Positions 27,219 through 34,220 of a stretch of DNA of 64,000 nucleotides are shown here, piece by piece. The DNA comes from a virus. The translations under genes and the position numbers were made by a program. The notes below the pieces were generated by a model that had not been told where the DNA came from, made no database searches, and saw nothing but the letters and a program-made list of their open reading frames with translations. The stretch is taken from positions 1-64,000 of IMG/VR virus record IMGVR_UViG_3300003323_000328; one strand, written 5' to 3'. Within the stretch, counting starts at the first letter, position 1; every line of letters starts with the position of its first letter.

Positions 27219-27403
27219 AACTCCTCTGTCCAATTTTCCAGTGGAATAATAGGTAACCCATTTAAGAGTTTAACAAATTACCTCTACAACAAACATTAAC
27301 TGCTGGAACAGCCATATATTTAGATGTACCAAAAGAAGTTCTTGAGTTCCAATCTGTGTCATTTCACAGCCTAATATACTGTTTGTCTTCAAGCAGAAGA
27401 GTT
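27219..27403 (-). ncRNA. candidate structured ncRNA B (185 nt)
   Basis: Closing stem AACUCUUCUG/CAGAGGAGUU plus U-tract; internal helices containing G-U pairs that form only on the minus strand. Confidence 0.6.
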
Positions 27404-27408
27404 ATATT

Positions 27409-27633
27409 TTATATATCATTTATACGACTTGTATCTTCTCTAATACTAGCTAATATAAATCCAACACAAAGCCATGATAATGAAGTCATAGCTAAAGCTG
27501 TTAGTATACCAAGCACGATTGAGGTAAAAGTAAGTTCTTTTAATTTACTTTTTCTTCTCATTATATTTATTATTATAACTATGCTAAATCCAAGCATAAT
27601 TACACAACCAGTTATATAAAGTTCTAAGAACAT
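27409..27633 (-). CDS. small two-helix membrane protein
   Basis: Two hydrophobic segments. Confidence 0.6.
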   Translation of the reverse strand: MFLELYITGCVIMLGFSIVIIINIMRRKSKLKELTFTSIVLGILTALAMTSLSWLCVGFILASIREDTSRINDI

Positions 27634-27671
27634 AATGTTTAGTTTAAGATTAAAAAGAAAAGAGGAATAAT

Positions 27672-27866
27672 TTATTCCCCTTTGAACATAAAAGCAGGTT
27701 TACCATTAATACTTGATGGTACTACTATACCATCAAAAGTAAGAGTGGTACTAATATAAGAAGCACTTATTCTTAGTGCAACCTGAGTCTGTTTGTTTAA
27801 AACAAATACTTCATCAGAAGTATTCATATAAACTTTTATAATACTGTCTTCAAAGAGTGTTTTCAT
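27672..27866 (-). CDS. hypothetical protein (start reassigned to MKTLFEDS)
   Basis: The listed start at 27920 lies inside a 13 bp hairpin. Confidence 0.6.
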   Translation of the reverse strand: MKTLFEDSIIKVYMNTSDEVFVLNKQTQVALRISASYISTTLTFDGIVVPSSINGKPAFMFKGE

Positions 27867-27891
27867 GTGGTTTAGTTTAAGGTTAAGAAAT

Positions 27892-27933
27892 AAAAAGTTT
27901 TGTACGTTTTTAAATACCATAAAACGTACAAAA
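27892..27933 (-). terminator. 13 bp hairpin, probable terminator
   Basis: TTTTGTACGTTTT/AAAACGTACAAAA followed by CTTTTT on the minus strand. Confidence 0.6.
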
Positions 27934-27971
27934 AAGGCTGGCTATACCAGAGCTATTGGATGGGCAATATC

Positions 27972-28076
27972 TTATGCTATTCCTAACACTGAATAAAAAG
28001 AGTGAATAGTAACAGCGAGTATAACAAAAGCACCTAATGCTGTAATGTTATAATAGAAGTTTGTAGAATATTTCAT
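27972..28076 (-). CDS. 34 aa membrane microprotein MKYSTNFYYNITALGAFVILAVTIHSFYSVLGIA
   Basis: Manual translation; hydrophobic helix. Confidence 0.55.
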   Translation of the reverse strand: MKYSTNFYYNITALGAFVILAVTIHSFYSVLGIA

Positions 28077-28081
28077 GATGT

Positions 28082-28327
28082 TTAGTTGTTTATGTTTTTG
28101 TTAAGAGAATCGAGTTTAGTAAGTATATCCCATTCAAATCTTTCATGGGATTTAATAGTAAGACTATCATTGATATGTCTAGTCTGTAGAGCTTTAATTC
28201 CTTCTTTTAGGATAGTTATTTCTTCTTTTTGTGTTTTTGTTTTATAAAGAAGATGTATCTCAGTGATAACTGCTAGTAATAAGCAAGCACAAAGAAATAC
28301 TGACAGTGCAAACCAAGTGTTTTTCAT
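28082..28327 (-). CDS. membrane-anchored coiled-coil protein
   Basis: N-terminal hydrophobic helix then coiled coil. Confidence 0.6.
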   Translation of the reverse strand: MKNTWFALSVFLCACLLLAVITEIHLLYKTKTQKEEITILKEGIKALQTRHINDSLTIKSHERFEWDILTKLDSLNKNINN

Positions 28328-28332
28328 AGGTA

Positions 28333-28782
28333 TTAAATATTAGGTATCATGTTTGTTACTTCAGTTGTAATCTCAGGATCAATATATCTACTATAATAAG
28401 GATGTCTTTTAATGAGTTTATTATACTCATCAGCAGCACGTATTAAAGATGGTCCTGAATAAAAAGTCCACATTTCTTGTTCTTTAGTAGTAAACTCATG
28501 CTTACTGATTGTCTGAAGAACTATCATTGGCATTAAATGATCAACGTAAACTTCATAGTATTTAGTTGTATCAGGATTGTATTTCCAGTTGTTATAATCG
28601 ATTTCTTCTGGTTTGTTTCTTTCTGTTTTAGTGGACAGAATAAAGACGCATAAGGGACCTAGAAGTAAGTAGTACAGAACTTTGAAGTTTATTACTTTGA
28701 TGTATTTGAGCTGTATTGCTATATCATAGGAGATGAGTCCTGAGATCAGCCAGTACAGTATGGAGTTTATGAGGATATTCAT
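28333..28782 (-). CDS. hypothetical membrane protein
   Basis: Two N-terminal hydrophobic segments, LLGP motif. Confidence 0.65.
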   Translation of the reverse strand: MNILINSILYWLISGLISYDIAIQLKYIKVINFKVLYYLLLGPLCVFILSTKTERNKPEEIDYNNWKYNPDTTKYYEVYVDHLMPMIVLQTISKHEFTTKEQEMWTFYSGPSLIRAADEYNKLIKRHPYYSRYIDPEITTEVTNMIPNI

Positions 28783-28996
28783 GGTAGTTTTGGTTAAGTA
28801 GAATAATATATATTAGGAAAAGGAAGAGTTTTATGAAGGTTTTAATAGTGTAAGTGAGTGAGATAGAGGAACTGTTCTTTCTACTTCTAGTAATAAACGA
28901 AAAGTTCTTTCTACCTATCACCAAACAACTACAGTTTTATACCAAAAGCTCAATAATACTTATTATTATGAACGAAAATAGTAAAAGAAAAGGAGA

Positions 28997-29275
28997 CTAT
29001 ACAGTCTCCAATTCATATACATTTGTAAGTTCAGTACCGTTTTTATCTGCAGGTATTTGTTTACCCCATTTAAAACCATCAACTGTTTTACCTAATGGTA
29101 ATTCAGCTTTAGCTTCTTCAAGAGTAATTCCTTTAACCAAGTAAAGAGAACCATTTTTGGTTGCACGTACTTGAAAAAGAGGATTTTTACTTACAGCGTT
29201 TTTTACAATAACACAAACTTGACCTGTGCTTACAACTCTGTGTCCTGCTACTAAGATTTTTTCAGAAGTTTCCAT
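28997..29275 (-). CDS. hypothetical protein, first gene of the leftward arm
   Basis: 92 aa ORF with A-rich leader. Confidence 0.7.
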   Translation of the reverse strand: METSEKILVAGHRVVSTGQVCVIVKNAVSKNPLFQVRATKNGSLYLVKGITLEEAKAELPLGKTVDGFKWGKQIPADKNGTELTNVYELETV

Positions 29276-29327
29276 AATAATAGATGTTTAATTGTTAATG
29301 TTCTTTTGTCATGACGGGTATGTTCCG

Positions 29328-29394
29328 TCCAAAATTTAGGAGGGGTTGTAGGTAGTAGGACCTCCATACCGATAACCACACCCAAATTTTTGGA
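29328..29394. repeat. 67 nt imperfect inverted repeat at the strand switch
   Basis: TCCAAAATTT..GGTTGT.GGTA pairs with TACC.ATAACC..AAATTTTTGGA. Confidence 0.6.
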
Positions 29395-29419
29395 TATTTA
29401 AGTTTAATTTGTATATTTA
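29389..29419 (+). promoter_or_regulatory. Bacteroidota-type promoter for the GIY-YIG gene
   Basis: TTTG-N19-TATATTTA. Confidence 0.5.
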
Positions 29420-29436
29420 TAAAAATTTTTAAATTT

Positions 29437-30081
29437 ATGATTTTATCTGGTGTATACTGTATTGAATGTATTGAAACTACTAAACGTTATATTGGAAGCA
29501 CTAAAAACTTTTATGAAAGATGGCGTGATCATAAAAGAAGACTTAGAAAAGGAATCCATCATTGTACTGAACTTCAGCAAGACTTTATAAAATATGGCGA
29601 AATTAAATTTACATTTATTGTTTTGCATAGAGAAGAAAATGATTTAAACTATAGAGAATTAGAACAAAAAGAAATTGATAAAACTATTAATAAGTATAAT
29701 AAGAAGGATATAGAAAATAAATATATTAAAACTCATACTGCAGAAACAAAACAACTTTTATCAGAAATTGCTAAAAGCTATATAGAAGAAAATGGAAGTT
29801 TTAAACATACTGAACAAAGTAAAAGTAGATTGTCTAAAACGCTTAAACAAAGGTATTCTGAAGGACTTCACGATGTTCCATTTAAACTTGCTCCTATAGT
29901 TGCAGTTACTAGAACTTTTTGTACTAAATATTCTTCTATTAAAGAAGCTGCTGAAGATCTTAAAATCTCTAGATCTAAAATAACTGATGTTCTTAGATAC
30001 CATAAAGCTATTAAAGATGGAACTACTATTACTAATGGACGTAGAAGTTATAGGGGGTATCAGTTTTATTACTTTGAGTAG
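29437..30081 (+). CDS. free-standing GIY-YIG homing endonuclease
   Basis: GVYCI...YIGST...ERWRDH; NUMOD3-like HTAETKQLLS and HTEQSKSRLS; NUMOD1-like YSSIKEAA. Confidence 0.92.
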   Translation: MILSGVYCIECIETTKRYIGSTKNFYERWRDHKRRLRKGIHHCTELQQDFIKYGEIKFTFIVLHREENDLNYRELEQKEIDKTINKYNKKDIENKYIKTHTAETKQLLSEIAKSYIEENGSFKHTEQSKSRLSKTLKQRYSEGLHDVPFKLAPIVAVTRTFCTKYSSIKEAAEDLKISRSKITDVLRYHKAIKDGTTITNGRRSYRGYQFYYFE

Positions 30082-30161
30082 GGGTGCAAAGTTACAATAT
30101 TTTACTTCCCTAGAAGCCTTTTCCAAACCTCAAAAATATTTTTAACTTTCTGCTTGACAAA

Positions 30162-30193
30162 TTTGGAAATGTCATTTTTTTCATATATATTTG
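30162..30193 (+). promoter_or_regulatory. Bacteroidota consensus promoter
   Basis: TTTG (30162-30165)-N20-TATATTTG (30186-30193). Confidence 0.75.
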
Positions 30194-30196
30194 TGA

Positions 30197-30360
30197 AGGT
30201 CTCCGGAACAAATATATCCATCCAGCGGCTGTTAGCTGTCCGCAGGACGATAAGGCAAAAGGGGCTTCACATCGGGGTCCAAACCCGGCAAACGCTCCTC
30301 ACGCCTCAACATCTCCCTCATCCGTACCGCCCTTTACTACTGAGTTCACCCTGAAGGTCT
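30197..30360 (+). ncRNA. candidate GC-rich structured transcript
   Basis: Downstream of the consensus promoter; hairpins at 30221-30248 and 30253-30306, then a C-rich tail. Confidence 0.45.
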
Positions 30361-30398
30361 ATCTAATCAAATCTACAACGTTTGCATAAAACTATCCA

Positions 30399-30424
30399 TT
30401 TACTCTATATTAATATGGAGTAAA
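30399..30424. promoter_or_regulatory. 26 bp near-perfect palindrome (operator candidate)
   Basis: TTTACTCTATATTAATATGGAGTAAA, 5 nt upstream of the -7 element TATCTTTG (30430-30437). Confidence 0.55.
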
Positions 30425-30481
30425 AATCGTATCTTTGAATAACGCTAATTACAAGAAGCGTTGCTCCTTTTGTGAATAATT

Positions 30482-30508
30482 GAGACTCTCTGGCAGGAGT
30501 CTCTTTTT
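30482..30508 (+). terminator. intrinsic terminator
   Basis: GAGACTCT-CTGGCA-GGAGTCTC followed by TTTTT. Confidence 0.8.
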
Positions 30509-30584
30509 ATTTTGTGTAAATTTATTCTCATAAATTATTGCTAATAAGAATCTGGTCTATTATTTTTACATAAAAATAAAGATC

Positions 30585-31019
30585 ATGATTAAGGTATTTC
30601 AAACTTCATTCCATGATGAAACCTCTGGTACAAGAGGTGATTGTTTAAGAGCTAGTGTTGCTTCTATTCTTAATCTAGCAATAGAAGAAGTTCCTGAGTT
30701 TCATAAATACTTTGACACCACTGAATGGTTTCAATATGTGATAGACTTTATGCAAACTAAAGGATATGAATATGAAGGACTAGTAACTCCTATCAGTAGT
30801 CCTGAACCAAAAGAACAAGCTATTAGTAGGCTTATTCAAGCTTATTCTAAAGAAGGATATTCTATTGATGGTAATTTCCTAGTATTTGGTACTTCACCTA
30901 GAGGAATATATCATTGTGTTATATTTGATTCTAATGGTATGGTACATGATCCTCATCCTGATGGAACTGGTGTCACACCAGATAAGATACTTTTATTTTC
31001 TAAATTAAATCAAAACTAA
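30585..31019 (+). CDS. papain-like (C39-related) cysteine peptidase-like protein
   Basis: Q...GDCLRASVASIL, HCVI, HDPHP give a Cys-His-Asp arrangement. Confidence 0.6.
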   Translation: MIKVFQTSFHDETSGTRGDCLRASVASILNLAIEEVPEFHKYFDTTEWFQYVIDFMQTKGYEYEGLVTPISSPEPKEQAISRLIQAYSKEGYSIDGNFLVFGTSPRGIYHCVIFDSNGMVHDPHPDGTGVTPDKILLFSKLNQN

Positions 31020-31020
31020 A

Positions 31021-31431
31021 ATGAATAAAGATGAAATAAAGAAACAACTTTTAGATTCTGTACGCATTAAAGGATCTGTAGAACCAGAAGTTATAACAGG
31101 AGCTAGATCTAGTACTGCAGGGACTATTGTTTTTGGTAAACCACATAATAATGAACCTTCTGTTATTGGTTATACTTATGGAGGAGTTAAACGTTGTGAT
31201 CCTCTTTATCTTATTAATCTTTCTACACAGGAGAGATATGTAATGTATTATATACTAACGTCTACTGGATTAGATAATCCTTTTAAACTTGATGAAATAA
31301 CCATAGCTCTTTCTCTACAAGCAGTGGGAATATCCGTTTCTACGTATACGATTAGAAAAGGTATCACTGAACTTATTAAAAAAGGTATTATTACTAAAGA
31401 GAAAGGAATGTACTTATGGATAAAAGAGTAG
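31021..31431 (+). CDS. winged-helix DNA-binding protein
   Basis: STYTIRKGITELIKKGIITK...GMYLWI. Confidence 0.6.
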   Translation: MNKDEIKKQLLDSVRIKGSVEPEVITGARSSTAGTIVFGKPHNNEPSVIGYTYGGVKRCDPLYLINLSTQERYVMYYILTSTGLDNPFKLDEITIALSLQAVGISVSTYTIRKGITELIKKGIITKEKGMYLWIKE

Positions 31432-31721
31432 ATTTTGATCTTCCTTTTGAAATTCAGGCAGTGTATACTGATGGAGATGGAAGAGAACATGTATATAGAC
31501 TTAATTTTCTTTGGGAAGATGTAAATACTGTAGAAGAATTTGGGATACCAAATAAATATACACAGTATCTTCCTGAAAGTAAAACTGTATTGGTCCTTAA
31601 ACCAATATATAGACAAGTTGTAGCTCTTCTACCGTATGAATTTAGTAGAGAAGTATGGTGGGAATATAAGTCATGGCAGAAAACACAAAGAGTTAAAGTA
31701 AATCCTCTTTCAGCACAATGA
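31416..31721 (+). CDS. hypothetical protein
   Basis: 101 aa, translationally coupled. Confidence 0.65.
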   Translation: MDKRVDFDLPFEIQAVYTDGDGREHVYRLNFLWEDVNTVEEFGIPNKYTQYLPESKTVLVLKPIYRQVVALLPYEFSREVWWEYKSWQKTQRVKVNPLSAQ

Positions 31722-32275
31722 GAACTAAAACAGTACCAATAAAACACTTCAGGGGAGAGGTCTCTTTTGAAGCAGTTAAAGTTAAATATAGACAGTTAGC
31801 TAAACAACATCATCCTGATGCTGGTGGTAGTACACAATTATTTCAAGAAATATTAGAAGAGTTTACTTATATAAAAGAAACTAGTCCTAGTTATCCTCTC
31901 GGACTTACTAATACTACTAGTTGGGAAGATCTACTAAATCAAGCTACTGATTTAGCTGCTAGACAAAGAAGACATGCTAACCAAAGACCACTAACTGAGG
32001 AAGAAAAATGGAATAACCTTAAAAGAGGTGATAGTAAATATGTTATTATAGATGATACTTTAGAAATTGCTTTAAGAGGTACTAAAACAGCTAACTGGCT
32101 TTTAATGGAAGTATATAAGTTAGAAGAGCTTTCATTAATGCACTTTAAGTATATAAAGTTTATGCTTGTAAGAGAGGCTAAAATAAAAGGTAATCCGGAA
32201 TTTAATCTCTCTGATGCTTGGCTGCATAAAGTTTATAGTGATTATTGTAGTATTTGGAGAACTAAATGGACATAA
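31718..32275 (+). CDS. J-domain (DnaJ-like) protein
   Basis: KYRQLAKQHHPDAGGS..FQEI with the HPD motif. Confidence 0.85.
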   Translation: MRTKTVPIKHFRGEVSFEAVKVKYRQLAKQHHPDAGGSTQLFQEILEEFTYIKETSPSYPLGLTNTTSWEDLLNQATDLAARQRRHANQRPLTEEEKWNNLKRGDSKYVIIDDTLEIALRGTKTANWLLMEVYKLEELSLMHFKYIKFMLVREAKIKGNPEFNLSDAWLHKVYSDYCSIWRTKWT

Positions 32276-32278
32276 AAT

Positions 32279-32419
32279 ATGATATATTTGTTTAGAAATG
32301 GTAGCAGATACAGTTTAAGTATTCTTAACTTTATAGATACTACAGGAGACTGGCAATACAGTCAACCTATTATAGGAGAAGAAGGTAAATTTTATTATGA
32401 TTTATGGCAAACATATTAA
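32279..32419 (+). CDS. 46 aa hypothetical protein (MIYLFRNGSRYS...)
   Basis: Manual translation; fills the gap. Confidence 0.45.
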   Translation: MIYLFRNGSRYSLSILNFIDTTGDWQYSQPIIGEEGKFYYDLWQTY

Positions 32420-32745
32420 CTAAAGGAAAAGGGATTAGAGCACAAATAGATAAACACATGGAAAAATCTGTTGAGTATTCTAATCCTAACTTAAAAACTG
32501 GTAAGAAAGTTAAATTTAAAAACCCTACTATTGAAGATGAAAGAAGAGTAAATAATTATAAGATAGTAGAAGCTAATATAGGTTCTATTAAAGAAAAAGT
32601 ATCTATTACTGCTATTAAAATCGATCATAATTTTAAAGGTTTTATTACTTATAGAAGCAAACCATTTAGTTGGAATAACCCTGAAATTACTATTGAATTT
32701 AATGGTCAACAAGAATTTATGGATAAGATTATAACTAAATTATGA
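32404..32745 (+). CDS. hypothetical protein
   Basis: 113 aa ORF. Confidence 0.65.
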   Translation: MANILTKGKGIRAQIDKHMEKSVEYSNPNLKTGKKVKFKNPTIEDERRVNNYKIVEANIGSIKEKVSITAIKIDHNFKGFITYRSKPFSWNNPEITIEFNGQQEFMDKIITKL

Positions 32746-32972
32746 CCATAGAAGAAATAAAATCTAACTACACCCCTAAACCAGGTTTTACAGTTTATGC
32801 TTATCAATCTACTCATACTGGAAACTATATAGCTGCTATTTATGAAAAAGTAGAAGTTAATAGATTTAGAAAAGAGTCTATGGAGGCATATAAGAAAATT
32901 ATATCTGTAAAAAATATTGATGATTATTTTGAACAAGTTAAACCTTACTTAGATGAACGAACCCTTAATTAA
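32742..32972 (+). CDS. hypothetical protein
   Basis: 76 aa, ATGA coupling. Confidence 0.65.
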   Translation: MTIEEIKSNYTPKPGFTVYAYQSTHTGNYIAAIYEKVEVNRFRKESMEAYKKIISVKNIDDYFEQVKPYLDERTLN

Positions 32973-33516
32973 AGAAGTAGGCGAGGAGGAACTGAAGTTT
33001 CTTGCTGAGAAAAAATCTGAATACACTAGACAAGGTATGTCAGATAAAGATGCACATGAACTTGCTATGGAAGATTGGAAGAAACTAGAAGCAAATAAGA
33101 ATCCTGAAATAGATGAAGCAGCTTGGGATCAAATTACTAAGAATATTGGACTATTTGATTTTCTAGATGATCAAATCAGACGTGCTCTTGGTAAATATAA
33201 ATCTGCTTGGGAAAAAGCTAATCCTGAACAAACCATGGATTTTAAACTTCATCTTAAAACACATGGTGGAGTAGGTACTGCTGGAAATAAACGTCTTATT
33301 TCTGGTGTTTCTCTAATACTGGAAAAAGCACAAAATGGTTCTTGGACTGTATGGAGAGAAAAGAAAATTGAGTTTACTCATATAAGAGAAATGAGAGAAG
33401 GGCATAAATGGAAACTGGCTTTGTATGAAGCTATGTTACATGATCTTATTGCATTTGGTATTAGTTATCTTGTTGAACTTGATAATATAAAAAATAATGC
33501 TAATACTTCCAGATGA
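32953..33516 (+). CDS. hypothetical protein
   Basis: 187 aa ORF. Confidence 0.7.
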   Translation: MNEPLIKEVGEEELKFLAEKKSEYTRQGMSDKDAHELAMEDWKKLEANKNPEIDEAAWDQITKNIGLFDFLDDQIRRALGKYKSAWEKANPEQTMDFKLHLKTHGGVGTAGNKRLISGVSLILEKAQNGSWTVWREKKIEFTHIREMREGHKWKLALYEAMLHDLIAFGISYLVELDNIKNNANTSR

Positions 33517-33712
33517 AAAGCGCTATGTAGTAGCTTGGAATAAGGGAGAAAATAATAGAGAAATTGTTATAGTTTTTGATAAATATAGTCGTTCTGTTGT
33601 ATATAAAGTTAATACTTCAAATCACTCTAATGCCTACCCTTATATTAAAGAGTACTATGGAAAAGAAAACTGTGTACCGCCCCGGCAGGTAGATTTAAGA
33701 ATCTATGAATAA
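33497..33712 (+). CDS. hypothetical protein
   Basis: 71 aa ORF. Confidence 0.6.
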   Translation: MLILPDEKRYVVAWNKGENNREIVIVFDKYSRSVVYKVNTSNHSNAYPYIKEYYGKENCVPPRQVDLRIYE

Positions 33713-33721
33713 TTATCCAGT

Positions 33722-33755
33722 AAAAAAGGAAAGATTAAAAAGTCTTTCCTTTTTT
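33722..33755. terminator. bidirectional-type terminator
   Basis: AAAAAAGGAAAGA/TCTTTCCTTTTTT; a -7-like TATATTTG follows at 33759-33766. Confidence 0.7.
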
Positions 33756-33772
33756 ATTTATATTTGATCTTT

Positions 33773-33982
33773 ATGTTTAGAATAGTACATCTTCATGATA
33801 CATATTATGATCTAATAGCATATAAGGAGATGGCTACTAGAACATACATTATTTCTAAAATACTTTTTTCATTTGATTATGGATTAGTATTTACAGATGA
33901 TGGAATTGAAGCTGAAGATAGAATTAAATATAGGTCTGTTTTAGAAGTATATGGCACAAAACAACAAAAAAACATTAGTTGA
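33773..33982 (+). CDS. hypothetical protein
   Basis: ATG at 33773 directly after TATATTTG. Confidence 0.55.
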   Translation: MFRIVHLHDTYYDLIAYKEMATRTYIISKILFSFDYGLVFTDDGIEAEDRIKYRSVLEVYGTKQQKNIS

Positions 33983-34220
33983 TTATGAAGCTCTTAATAA
34001 AGGAAAGAAGTTTTGTAATGAAGATGTAATTAGAGAAGTAGCAGAAGAATTTAATGTTCATGAATCTATTGTTAGAGGAATAGCTAATGTTCAATCTGAA
34101 CATACTCTTAGAGTAATGAAATCAGGAACTATGAAATCTATTATCTATGTTTATTTAGGTAAGTTTAAAGTAAATGCCAGAAGAGTACAAAAGATGATGG
34201 CTAATCAGATGAAGATATGA
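33951..34220 (+). CDS. HU/IHF-like DNA-binding protein
   Basis: VIREVAEE...YLGKFKV; IHF-like genes near terL are typical of crAss-like phages. Confidence 0.6.
   Translation: MAQNNKKTLVDYEALNKGKKFCNEDVIREVAEEFNVHESIVRGIANVQSEHTLRVMKSGTMKSIIYVYLGKFKVNARRVQKMMANQMKI

Noticed and set aside
28874-28914. Mini-CRISPR array
   Set aside because: Only two 11 bp copies separated by 19 nt, too short for repeat-spacer units; no cas genes
30154-30354. 66 aa ORF from the ORF track
   Set aside because: TTG start upstream of the promoter, atypical composition, overlaps promoter and hairpins
29300-30360. Group I intron around the GIY-YIG gene
   Set aside because: No interrupted host gene and no recognisable P7/R/S core elements in the flanks
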